DNA of 51,755 nucleotides. Origin: Nemertoderma westbladi. Taxonomy: Eukaryota > Animalia > Xenacoelomorpha. The stretch spans positions 1 to 51,755 of the forward strand of contig JAUCBJ010001950.1 in assembly GCA_032718475.1 (NCBI GenBank). The letters run 5' to 3'. Shown here piece by piece: positions 1-11,203 of the stretch; positions within the stretch are counted from its first letter, which is position 1, and each line of letters starts with the position of its first letter. Both the position numbers and the translations under genes were made by a program. The notes under the pieces were generated by a model. That model was not told the origin of the DNA. It saw only the letters and a program-made list of their open reading frames with translations, and searched no databases.

Positions 1-1588
1 GATTTCTTCCGCCTTCAGTGTCAGTGGTATCGCCTTCCTCAGATGAGGTATACCCTTGTCTTTTGGGAGTAGATCGACTCATCATCTGCATATTACTAGC
101 TGCTAACTGTTTACTGAAGTCGTCTTGCTTCTCTTGAAGATTTTCCAACTCCAGTTGGATGATCTCTTCAGCCGCTTTTCGTTCTACTTCCGCCACTGCT
201 GCCGCTTTTGCCTCTGCTGCTGCCGCTTTTGCCTCTGCAGCTGCCGCTTTTCGGTCTGCTTCCGCCACTGTTCGTTCTGCTTCCGCCACTGTTCGTTCTG
301 CTTCCGCCACTGCTGCCGCTTTTGCCGCTGCCGCTGCCGCTTTTGCCTCTGCCGCTGCCGCTTTTGCCTCTGCCGCTGCCGCTTTTCTTTCTGCTTCTGC
401 CACTGCTGCTATCTTTCTGTCTTCTATACGCTTTTTCCTTAATTGTTCTTCCTTTTCTCTAGCGATGCGGAGTTGTTCATCGAATTTAGCTTGGTTCGCC
501 GCTAACCTATCCACATCAATCGCATCTAACACAAGTTTGGCTCCTTCGCTATTAGGGCTAAGTCCCTCTAGCCTTCTCCTCAACTCTTCATCTCCCACAA
601 AACGCTGATAGTCTGACAGATAGATATCAATGGCATCCTTCTTATGCGGTTTCTCTGCCGTCGCTTCACTTTCCACTTGGGAGAAAGTAGCGTCTGTTGA
701 TTCTCCATGGGTTGAGCGCTCCTCCAACTGAGCTTTCCACTGAGCTGCTCCTTGAACTTGGCGACTCACCCTTTGAAACCAAGTCTTTACGGCAACTTGC
801 AACGACGTGTCTTGCTTTCGTTTAGAAGCCTCCTCAAAGGCGGATAAGATTAGCCTAATCCGCAGAACTCTTTCTCTAACTTGATAAAGCAGCGATCCCT
901 GCTCTTGAGGTCCTGGAGGTTGTTGAAAAAGTTGCTTTTCTATTCGCTCCATAGAGCTGAAGAATCCCTGTGCGTATCCGGCTGCTGACCTCTTCCACAC
1001 AGCTGGATCGATGGTTTCCTTGGCTACTCCCATCCGGTGTATGTCTTCCCAGGCAGCTTCTGATAAATCAAACGGGAGTCCGGGTCCGGGGAAGTTCCAT
1101 TGCGACTCGACAATAGACTTCAGTTCTTCACTAGTGTAGCCCGCGTAGCTATCTCTAGTTGTCCGTTGACTCCTTGCCCAATCGATCTGGTGTTCTTCCA
1201 CCGCGATCAATAACCCAGCGAGCACGGCTGCAGGAAGGATGAGAAGGGGATCCGTATAAACCGCATCCGTCATCTCTGCTCCGCTCTCGGGTGTCAGCTC
1301 TACAGTATCCTCACTACTGGAGCTGCTGGGCCGCTGAGGAATAAGTTCTTGACTAGCGGGTTGTTGCTGTTCCGCTGCCTTTTGGTCCCGCTTGACCTGA
1401 GCTCGAGTGCCTATGATAGACCTACGATGTTGGACTAGCCTAGGTTCTGTTATTACTACTGGAGGGATGACTTTCCTCACAGTGGGAGGTGAACTGGATT
1501 TACGACCAGACGTTTGTACGTCTCTATCTGAGTCGCAGATAGTTACATCTAATAAACTGTCTGACAGGTTCTGCTTAGTATCAGACAT
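1..1588 (-). CDS. gag: BEL/Pao Gag N-terminal part (partial), with expanded Ala/Glu/Lys coiled-coil repeat
   Basis: ATG at 1588 (MSDTKQNLSDSLLDV...) matches the start of the 45373 ORF; AAAAEAK/AEAERT repeats at ~160-420; frame appears to run off the window edge. Confidence 0.85.
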   Translation of the reverse strand, partial: MSDTKQNLSDSLLDVTICDSDRDVQTSGRKSSSPPTVRKVIPPVVITEPRLVQHRRSIIGTRAQVKRDQKAAEQQQPASQELIPQRPSSSSSEDTVELTPESGAEMTDAVYTDPLLILPAAVLAGLLIAVEEHQIDWARSQRTTRDSYAGYTSEELKSIVESQWNFPGPGLPFDLSEAAWEDIHRMGVAKETIDPAVWKRSAAGYAQGFFSSMERIEKQLFQQPPGPQEQGSLLYQVRERVLRIRLILSAFEEASKRKQDTSLQVAVKTWFQRVSRQVQGAAQWKAQLEERSTHGESTDATFSQVESEATAEKPHKKDAIDIYLSDYQRFVGDEELRRRLEGLSPNSEGAKLVLDAIDVDRLAANQAKFDEQLRIAREKEEQLRKKRIEDRKIAAVAEAERKAAAAEAKAAAAEAKAAAAAAKAAAVAEAERTVAEAERTVAEADRKAAAAEAKAAAAEAKAAAVAEVERKAAEEIIQLELENLQEKQDDFSKQLAASNMQMMSRSTPKRQGYTSSEEGDTTDTEGGRN

Positions 1589-3844
1589 GACTATGTATAC
1601 TGTTGAATGTTTACTGGTGTATTACAGTCTGAGTAAGTCTAATAACTCAGTATTAACTGCTAGCCTAGTAATTAATTACCGGTACTGCTACTCAGTGTAG
1701 CGTGATATATATATAATATATTAGAATACCGGTATACTTATAGTATATATAACTATATAAGTATTATTACAGACTAGGTTTATCACAGAATACCGGTATA
1801 ATTTTAGCACAAATATATATAAATATATAATAGGCCTATCGGAATACCGGTATACAGCTTACAGTTTGTAGGATATATAATTCTGAAATAGAATTAATTA
1901 CAAGTACCGGTATAATTTCAGCCTAGATTTATAGAAATAAAGATAATAGGCCTATCGTAAATACCGGTATATCAATTATTTCAAATAATTGAATTTCTGT
2001 TACTTTAGGGTTACTTTGTTACTTTACTTACTTTATTACCGTTATTTGAGCAGTAATCCAACTGATATTGAGACCTAATGGTTGTATGGTAGGCCTACGA
2101 TTTATAAATCGTTAGATTTGATTTATAATATATATATACCCGTTTTAGTGGGTTTTGTCAATGTTTGAAATAAATGTTATTATTTCTGGGGTAATCACTA
2201 CACAAAGCGGTGCGCTTTTAGTGAAGTGTTACGTATAGGACACTAAAACAAATAATTCTAATTTACCTAAGTTACTTAATACTACAAATTACGTACAATT
2301 CGGGTTGAGATTACAATCTCTAAATAAATGCAAAAATTTACAAAAACGCAAAATACGAATTTTTAGGGTAATTTTACAAGAAGTCTACAAACCAGCCTAA
2401 CAAAGGGTTAGAAAACTGATTATTACAGCGGACAGGGTACTACGGTATTGGAAATAATAAGTAGTAGTAAATACACTGCGTTGTCTAGATAGGAAAATAC
2501 CACCGCCTGACGACCTATAGCCGTATCGCTATAGGTTCTACGTTATGTATCACGGAGTGTTCCTACCTAGAAGTTAATAGAGCTAATCGAATGTGCCTAT
2601 CAACCACTTTACAACACAAATATAATGCCTACAATAATTACTTCGGAAAGTACCGTACACTAAACCCTAAATTAGGTACGAGTACTTGTATAACAGATAA
2701 TCAGTAATTAAATATACTTGAACAGCTAAAAGAACCACGGCATCTGCTGGAGTGACCGATGCACAAAATCACCAGTCTTTACCTACGCCGAGCAGCCCGT
2801 GTAGTACCGGGGTTAATTTAACTATAACGGTATGTATAACAAACACAATTACTGTAGGAACAAACTTGGGGACATGAATGTTGCGAATAATCGCATAAAC
2901 TCTGAATAATAAATATTACGCAACGCGTACAAACCACTTAAACAAAATGCAGACTAAATACCGACAGACCACTATCAAGCCTAAACAAACCACGGTATAT
3001 GCAGACTCCGAAACGATTAGGGAGTATGCGTTCTAACCCAGTAGTACGACTTATTCCTTAATTGAGGGTTTACCTTACTGCATTGGCTGCCTCAACTTCC
3101 TAACCTTACTTAATCGGACAGATGCTCTACACACACTACAATCCGTTCAGACTTAATAACAGCCAGACAACTATCCAGCCTACAAATTATTTAAATAAAA
3201 TTATACGCTACCCGTACAGACTTACACAAACAAAGTACAGACTAAACGATGGCAGACTACTCTCAAGCCTAAATAAACTACAGGACATGCAGACTCCGAA
3301 ATGATTAGGGAGTATGCGCTCTAACCCAGTAGTGCGACTTATTCTTTAGTTGGGGGTTTACCTTACAGCGTGGCTGCCCCTACTTCCTAACCGTACTTAA
3401 TCGGACAAGTGCTCTACACACACTGCAATTCGTTCGGACTTAACAGCAATCAGACAACAGCTCAGCCTACAAATTGTCTGTACAATCTGATCAGGTTTAC
3501 ACGCCTTCTGTTCAATACTGGCCTACAAACAAATAAAACTTGACAGAAATAAGTAAAAATCTCAATAAAAAACCAGGGCTGCAGTCCCTGATTAATTATT
3601 AAGGCCTACTGGTATATAATTATCAAAATCGAATAATACTGCTGTACCTGTACTGCTGTAGGTACCGGTCCGGGTGGTTAGGTAGTCAGGCCTACTGGTA
3701 CCGGTTCTGGCAGTTGGGCCTACTGACCTACAGATGTACCGGTTGACCGGTACTTTCAACTTTATTGCTTACTGCAATAAAGAAGCTATATCCTTTAATG
3801 TTCGCGCTTTCAGACCTTTGGCAGTTTAACCCGCCAAATTAGAA

Positions 3845-5455
3845 TGTCTTCTAGATAATAAATCTGCTTTTTAGTCTATGACAAGTATTTGATTCACTAC
3901 ACTAGTCGAAACCAATCCGTGCGCGACCATTCACCCGCTGGATATTCCCGGGAGATTGGGTTCGACGGTTTAATTTTTATTGCTATGTAAGCCTAATGTA
4001 TTATTCGACTGACAGTATTATATAATCTCTGACAATATTATTCACCTTCGGTAATATTAACAGTTCCTTTAGGACGTGGCGCTTTATCTACATAAACAGA
4101 GTTATGACTTAAACTACTCGCAACGATATGGCTTAATTATAATCCACATATATGGCGCATTCTTTAGGAATTGCTTCTTTAACAGACTCACTCATACACT
4201 ATGCTGCACAATACTGCACACTAATCTGCCAATCTTCACTGATTTTAGTCACATATAAAAGGAACACAGGCTGACTCATGTAGGGTCTATCAAATAACAT
4301 TAGATTCACTTCAAACCACTTTAACATAAGTTACAATCGTTATTGGTAACCTTTCTCTCTTACCTTCGGTATATCAAGAATATTGGGTTGCGGGGTTATT
4401 TATCGTTATTCCAAATATAATTATTCATCAACCATATTATGAAGAACTGACAGCAAATAGCAGTATAAAACAACAAGTCAGTACCGGTATGTCAGTGCAC
4501 ATAGGCATGAGATATTCAAGTAGTCAGTTGTTTTGAATATATCAATCAGTTAAAGGATATATGCCCTTTATAATTAAACCTACCAGTGTACGAATAGGCA
4601 TTGCGTCATTTCTCGGAAATTCTCTGTACAAGGAGCCACAAAAACGCTCTCATTGGCTGACTGAACTGAGAGACGCCGTAGAACAAAGGAAATCAACACG
4701 TATGAATGTCAGCTGTTAACCGTAGTCATAGTAACTACTGTTCAAGAGTAGCTATCACCCTTTTGCGTCACGAATTGCCATAGAATCATAAAATATACCT
4801 TTCACAGTACACATACGGAGGAAATAGGTCTTAGATCCTCTAAAAACACAGATACAGCAATAATACGGTCTCTTACACTTATTAAATCAACTACGGAGTA
4901 TTTTAATGTAAAAGATAATAAAAATAACGGGGCAATTCAGCAAAGGCTTTTACACAATGACAACAGTAAATAGCAGTATAATAATGTATGTTGAACCGAT
5001 AATGTAAGACTGAACTGATAACAGTTATACGCTCTATAATCTAAGCCTACTAATGTTTCTTCTAAAGTCTGAAACGAATTGACTCTAGAGCCGGTGTTCC
5101 TGGCCTAGATAGAAACAACACAACAGTATCAAGAAAAACAGTAAGACTGAACACTCCTAGCACGATCTGCTAAATATCTCCACATCGACAGAAAAAATCG
5201 CTCTGATTGGCTGTTAAGCTAAACAAAGAACCATGTGTCCAATGGCCGTTTCCATGTCAGCAACCAGCTGTTAGATGTCGTAATCTGAATCATCAAGGCT
5301 AAGCTGTGCCAGGGTATTTGACGCATTGCGGGTTTTTTGCCTTACCATGTCCGCCAAAGCACACATATAGAAGAATGACTTTTATGTCCGTTAAAACACC
5401 TATAACGGTACCTTGCGGGCGAGGGGGACTGATTATATCCGCAAAAGCTTTTACA
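3845..5455 (-). repeat. Putative LTR of copy A (TG...CA; boundaries inferred)
   Basis: On minus it starts TGTAAAAGCTTTTG at 5455, the same 14-mer that starts copy B at 41909. It contains CCAAT boxes and AATAAA and ends ...TCTAGAAGACA at 3845, followed by a short spacer and TGGCGGG (PBS-like; tRNA not identified). Confidence 0.55.
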
Positions 5456-5463
5456 CCGCTCCT
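5456..5463 (-). promoter_or_regulatory. Polypurine-tract-like AGGAGCGG directly abutting the LTR start
   Basis: Minus strand reads CTAGGAGCGG|TGTAAAAG; the position matches a PPT preceding a 3' LTR. Confidence 0.45.
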
Positions 5464-5533
5464 AGAAAATGGGATTCAAGTTTATAAATATACAAAAATC
5501 ACAGTTTCTAATATATGTAAATACTCTAAACAG

Positions 5534-6427
5534 TTAGTCTTTCTTGCGCGGACAGCGTTTACGCAGTTTTTTAAAGCTGGCCAGAGTCTTTTTCTCTTTG
5601 GGGCGAGCCACCTTACAAGGAGGGCTATAACTCCTGGGTGAAGGGTGCAATATAATTGCATCAGAGGGTGTAGGATTATGGTCGGTGTATCCGCCAGTCG
5701 AAGTGCCGGGTTGATTGACATCAACGTCGGGGGAGAGGGGTCTAACGGCTTTGAGAGCGCGTTTTAAGACAGCCGCTCTTACGGGTCCTTTACGAGTGGT
5801 CTGAACGAGAGCCGTGGGTGGACCATAGGCAGTTAGAAACCTCCGGGGTTTAATGGTTCTTTCCAACTCGCGTTCGCGGGCTCGGTATTCGTAAGGCCGT
5901 TGATATACTTCCTGTAACTCGGGGTGTGAGTTAACAAATAAGTCTCCATAGTCTGGATCCTGACGGATATAATTGATTAAGTTATAGGAATGAAGGTCGC
6001 TAGGATTAACACTCCTGAGAAATTTGCGTACGAATTTGGTTGAAATACATTCTCCGACACGCTTTAGTAGTTCGTAACTCGATATGCGTGATTTCTGTTC
6101 GACCGAAGCGAATAGATAAGGATGGAACGCATAAACTCCTTCGTAAGCGCGTCCAGGATAATAGCGATGGCGCGAATCACAATGTAAATCAGCGTTCGCT
6201 TCCCAAGCTCTGATGTAACGTAGTGTGATCATTTCATCTACGCTTTCCAAATCGTGATTAAAAGGGCAATCGAAACTGGCGTGTCCCTTTAGTTGACAAT
6301 GGTGACATTGAGTCATAAATTGAGGGCAAACCGCAAAAATATGCAAGTTATTGAGTCTGCAATATGCGCAATAAATTTCCATCGTCGGTTGTTCTTGGAA
6401 ATAGGAACAGCGGACGTTTGTGTCCAT
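5534..6427 (-). CDS. Zinc-knuckle protein of unknown function (probable retroelement 3' accessory ORF, C-terminal part)
   Basis: CAYCRLNNLHIFAVC and CHHCQLKGHASFDC (CCHC-type) motifs and a basic C-terminus. The frame stays open upstream to ~6583 and adds CRLCASRDH. Confidence 0.6.
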   Translation of the reverse strand: MDTNVRCSYFQEQPTMEIYCAYCRLNNLHIFAVCPQFMTQCHHCQLKGHASFDCPFNHDLESVDEMITLRYIRAWEANADLHCDSRHRYYPGRAYEGVYAFHPYLFASVEQKSRISSYELLKRVGECISTKFVRKFLRSVNPSDLHSYNLINYIRQDPDYGDLFVNSHPELQEVYQRPYEYRARERELERTIKPRRFLTAYGPPTALVQTTRKGPVRAAVLKRALKAVRPLSPDVDVNQPGTSTGGYTDHNPTPSDAIILHPSPRSYSPPCKVARPKEKKTLASFKKLRKRCPRKKD

Positions 6428-6534
6428 GGGCGTAACATGGTCTCTCGATGCGCATAACCGACAACGTTGCCTAGAAACATAGTTGGCATGTCGATAATCG
6501 TACGCAGTGAGACACTGTGGACCTTGATACCATT

Positions 6535-6975
6535 CTAGGATGTAATCGTTGTCGCTGTTCCGGGCGCGATAGGCTGAATCTCCTCAGATTCTAGGCATAT
6601 TGGTTCGTCTTCCCAGTCTGTTACGATAGAATTTTCGTGATCTATTCTCGGTTTATCGTTACGACTCCGCTGGGTATGATATTTAAATAGAACCATTTCC
6701 CTTTCGGTGTCTACATCGTCCATATCATGTAAATCGATAGGATGGCCGGTAGTTAGGAAGTCCATATACGTACTATTACGATGCGTATAGCGAGCGGTGA
6801 ATTTTCGATAGTCCAATTCACGCGTAAGTTGCTCTTGGGACATCGGCGGTTCGATATAACGACCATCGTCCTCCGTTGGATCGGTTTCACCGCGTATCAA
6901 GCTATCCACAAATGCTTGTAAAGGTAGAGTATATCGCTCCCTGATACCAAGATCATCTTCTATCAACTCCATCAT
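6535..6975 (-). CDS. Acidic hypothetical protein; probably N-terminal part of the 5534-6427 gene across a frameshift
   Basis: 146-aa ATG-initiated ORF with protein-like composition; overlaps the open upstream frame of the next ORF at ~6535-6583. Confidence 0.5.
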   Translation of the reverse strand: MMELIEDDLGIRERYTLPLQAFVDSLIRGETDPTEDDGRYIEPPMSQEQLTRELDYRKFTARYTHRNSTYMDFLTTGHPIDLHDMDDVDTEREMVLFKYHTQRSRNDKPRIDHENSIVTDWEDEPICLESEEIQPIAPGTATTITS

Positions 6976-7578
6976 ATCTGCTATCTGAGTTTATTAATAT
7001 CGAAATGAGTTTATGTTTAGGCGAGCGGACGTCGCTGCCTACCTCTCTTTGCCCCCGGACAGTGGGATTCTCAGCGCCGATGTACCGTCGTCGCGGTGTT
7101 TACGCCAACATGTAGCAACATCACGACAACGATAACCGGCACAAGTCACTCCACTGTCCGTCCCAAAGGCTTGAATCCACTTTAGGTTCTTTCTATAGGA
7201 GAGTTGGGGTACTTTCACAATTGCGACTAGCTACTGTAAACATACTTTAGCAGTAACATTCACCTATAAACGCACAAATTCCACACAACTGTCACCAATT
7301 GTACACATACAGGCCATTTGTCCGTTAGTCAGTGCCTTCCAGAATGTCACGTTATTACTGTGTATCTTTGGATACTAACAGTGTGCTATGTATTCTCTAT
7401 GCTATGCAATGGGACAAGCTTTCTATTGTTCTTTTAACTTGCTTCTAATTCTAGCGTGGGTGTTGCTATGGTGACATTATGGAAAGCTAGCGGTAGAATT
7501 AGGGTAATTCTCATGCATACAGATCTGGAATGCTATTTAATAGTAATTCTTTAATTGTCAATATCCTCTTTATACATT

Positions 7579-8895
7579 GCACAACGGCTCACGGGTTCCA
7601 CCACAAGACTCGCACAACGGCTCACGGGTTCCACCACGAGACTCGCACAACGGCTCACGGGTTCCACCACGAGACTCGGACAACGGCTCACGGGTTCCAC
7701 CACGAGACTCGGACAACGGCTCACGGGTTCCACCACGATACTAGCACAACGGCTCACGGGTTCCACCACGAGACTCGGACAACGGCTCACGGGTTCCACC
7801 ACGAGACTCGGACAACGGCTCACGGGTTCCACCACGAGACTCGGACAACGGCTCACGGGTTCCTCCACGAGACTCGGACAACGGCTCACGGGTTCCACCA
7901 CGAGACTCGGACAACGGCTCACGGGTTCCACCACGAGACTCGCACAACGGCTCACGGGTTCCATCACGATACTAGCACAACGGCTCACGGGTTCCACCAC
8001 GAGACTCGCACAACGGCTCACGGGTTCCATCACGATACTAGCACAACGGCTCACGGGTTCCACCACGAGACTCGCACAACGGCTCACGGGTTCCACCACG
8101 ATACTAGCACAACGGCTCACGGGTTCCACCACAAGACTCGCACAACGGCTCACGGGTTCCACCACGAGACTCGCACAACGGCTCACGGGTTCCACCACGA
8201 GACTCGCACAACGGCTCACGGGTTCCACCACGAGACTCGGACAACGGCTCACGGGTTCCACCACGAGACTCGCACAACGGCTCACGGGTTCCACCACGAT
8301 ACTAGCACAACGGCTCACGGGTTCCACCACGAGACTCGCACAACGGCTCACGGGTTCCACCACGAGACTCGCACAACGGCTCACGGGTTCCACCACGAGA
8401 CTCGCACAACGGCTCACGGGTTCCACCACGAGACTCGGACAACGGCTCACGGGTTCCACCACGAGACTCGCACAACGGCTCACGGGTTCCACCACGATAC
8501 TAGCACAACGGCTCACGGGTTCCACCACGAGACTCGCACAACGGCTCACGGGTTCCACCACGAGACTCTCACAACGGCTCACGGGTTCCACCACGAGACT
8601 CGCACAACGGCTCACGGGTTCCACCACGAGACTCGCACAACGGCTCACGGGTTCCACCACGAGACTCGCACAACGGCTCACGGGTTCCACCACGATACTA
8701 GCACAACGGCTCACGGGTTCCACCACAAGACTCGCACAACGGCTCACGGGTTCCACCACGAGACTCGCACAACGGCTCACGGGTTCCACCACGAGACTCG
8801 CACAACGGCTCACGGGTTCCACCACGAGACTCGCACAACGGCTCACGGGTTCCATCACGAGACTCGCACAACGGCTCACGGGTTCCACCACGAGA
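7579..8895. repeat. 33-bp tandem minisatellite, ~40 copies (GCACAACGGCTCACGGGTTCCACCACGAGACTC)
   Basis: Head-to-tail units with no spacers; variant GATACTAG units at 7737, 7968, 8034, 8100, 8298, 8496 and 8694. Confidence 0.97.
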
Positions 8896-9890
8896 TCTGC
8901 CTGAATAGCCGACCGTTTCACGAACTCTCACCAGATTGTAACTGTACTTTCTGTGGGCTCTCTTGTGCCGACAGATTTGAAGTTCGCGCTTGTCCCAATA
9001 GTCGCTCGCTCGCTGAACTCACTCGTTAACAAAACTTTTTAATATTAATATTTTATTCATTTTTATAAACATACAATTTTAATTTACTCCGTGTATATCA
9101 TTATATTATATTAAAATCACCGCTTAAAAAAATTCAAAAAGTTGTCTGATGCTTTTATACAGGGTAGCTATTTACACACCCACAGAAATTTTCAGACTAA
9201 TTGCTCAAAAATTGTAGAAGTAGTAGGGTTTTGAAGTTGACAATTTCATAAAAAAAATATTTGGAGATAATCGACCTTTCATTATACATAGTAATAGTAA
9301 TTTCAATAGGACTCCCAAGTCTGCTCTTTTATTTTTATAACAGGTTATATTTAAAAATAAGGGCTCCAAGCTATAAATTCCATATATCAGGGGCGCCATT
9401 ACACAACAATATAAACAAATTTAATAAATGTATTAATTAGGGTGTTCTGTGGGACAGCGCAATATAACTAAAATTTATAAAAACTAGTGAGGCCTTCTCC
9501 ATTTCTTGGTCTAACTACATTTAACCAACGCAACAACGCCTTACTATCTTGCTCCAACTCCCCCAAAAGAGAAGGCCTAATTTCTTGTGATGATTCAATT
9601 TGCCCAAGTATTGAAACATAATGGTCTAACTGTCGATGTAAATAATCGTATTGATCGTAGCCGATTCAGTTTTCTGTTATGGGCCTACGACTACACTAAC
9701 ATATCAAACCCCGAAGCCGAAGGTCGATTGTAACTAAGTATTGTACATTTACATTGAAGGATTCATTATATCACAATAATCACAGAACCTAGCAACCAAT
9801 GACATATCCTCACTACCAGTGCAGTACGCAGTGGTATGTGAACTGAGGCTGGCTCCCTTGACCCCAAAGATTCAACGAAATAATAATAGC

Positions 9891-10569
9891 AGTAGTAAGA
9901 GTATGCCCATTTCGGCGACAGTTTAGTCCTACTTCACACCTTGGGTGTTAAGTAGGTCATTAATTAATTAAACAATTAATTAATTGGTCGATTAAACAAT
10001 TAATTAATTGTTTAATCAATCGATTTGTATCAAATAATGTTGCCAAAGGCAATTTAATTTGACACAAATCAATCAGATAGGGACGCGAGATGAATAAATT
10101 GTACTACAGCAAACGAAATATACAACACAATAGGCACTGTGCAATACAATATACAATACATTTGTATTATTTTTGCCATACAGTAGGTAAAGGTAGAATT
10201 AAATATAAAGACACGAACGGGACCCAAAACATAAATTACCCTTTCAAGAGAATAAAGTGGACCAGTTTGGCCCTGAGTCATCCCTCAATAATCTGTGGCT
10301 GCTTGGGCTCTTATTAGACGTAGCAAGATTAATCCCTTTGAATCCTATACTGTACGTCAACGCGTGGATGGGCCCTGCCACAGAGTTTAAATTATTCAAA
10401 CCTACAGCTTCGCTATTACATCAATTCGTCCGAGAAATTATAATAAACATCTGCTCTTGCAATAGATTGCATTCTTTCGCATCATACTTTATGAAGCAGT
10501 CCATGAGCATATTAGCTCAACGACAAAGCCATCACCCAAACACCATGTGTCAAATTAACCCCAACCTTC
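9891..10569 (+). repeat. Left terminal inverted repeat (~680 bp)
   Basis: Reverse complement of 25958-26635 with roughly ten visible differences. Confidence 0.95.
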
Positions 10570-10819
10570 TCTTTACTACAGTAGATACAGCAGTTTTTTT
10601 GTTTGAAGTAATTTCAGATGCTCTAGCGTAACATTAATTAACATACCCAGTCTGACGCAGCAACCCATTCATTACTCACACTTTTCTCCGGCGCACCCCC
10701 CGCTTCTCAATTCATCCCATTGCCCATCCTAACTAATGTTTTACATTTAATGAACCCAATGAAATGTGTTTATTATTCCCTCAACCCAATAGCGCGTCTC
10801 TCTCTCTCTCTTTTTTATT

Positions 10820-10880
10820 TCTATTGGTTCCCACAAGCTTCACTTTTATTTTCATTGGTTACCCTTTCCCTTATAAACCC
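10820..10880 (+). promoter_or_regulatory. Pol II-type promoter upstream of polB (two inverted CCAAT boxes plus TATAAA)
   Basis: ATTGG at 10823 and 10854, TATAAA at 10872; mirrored at 24735-24788 in front of the 570-aa ORF. Confidence 0.55.
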
Positions 10881-11073
10881 CCACCCATCGCTTTGAACTT
10901 TACTTACAAAAATATTATTGACAATTTTACTTTTTATTTAAAGTTATAATACATTTATTGTTATAAATAATATATTGTTGCAAACATTTATAACATCAAC
11001 GTGATTTGATTTTCCTTCTTATTATTCCTAATCGAGCAATTTTCTTTTTCCAATACCACGAATCAATCTGCAG

Positions 11074-11198
11074 GTAAGAACAATAAATTTGTATTTTTAT
11101 GAATTCGTTTAGTTTTAACATTATTGCCTCAAAATAAAAATCAACCCCACGAAACCTTCCCAAACTTATTATTATTATTTAGTTTTTTTATTTTATAG
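11074..11198 (+). other. Putative 5'-UTR intron of polB
   Basis: CAG|GTAAGA donor at 11074; T-rich tract ending TTTTATAG at 11198, five bases before the ATG at 11204. Confidence 0.55.
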
Positions 11199-11203
11199 CA
11201 AAC

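Larger units (their letters stand above)
1..5455 (-). mobile_element. BEL/Pao LTR retrotransposon copy A (LTR, long 5' leader, 5' part of gag); runs off left edge
   Basis: The reverse complement of ~1-4590 closely matches ~42322-46870, where the same element continues into BEL/Pao Gag zinc knuckles, protease, RT and RNase H. Confidence 0.9.

Noticed and set aside
125-608. Cys/Arg-, Ala- and Leu/Pro-rich plus-strand ORFs (also 46456-46719)
   Set aside because: Antisense shadows of the Gag AEAERK repeat.
7579-8895. CRISPR array
   Set aside because: Units are head-to-tail with no unique spacers; no cas genes; eukaryotic context.
7530-9029. 499-aa His-rich protein and overlapping repeat ORFs as genes
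   Set aside because: Open frames follow automatically from a stop-free 33-bp unit; no independent coding evidence.
10069-10949. Short ORFs within the TIRs, mirrored at 24663-26457
   Set aside because: They are duplicated only because they lie in inverted repeats; no recognisable motifs; frames differ between copies.
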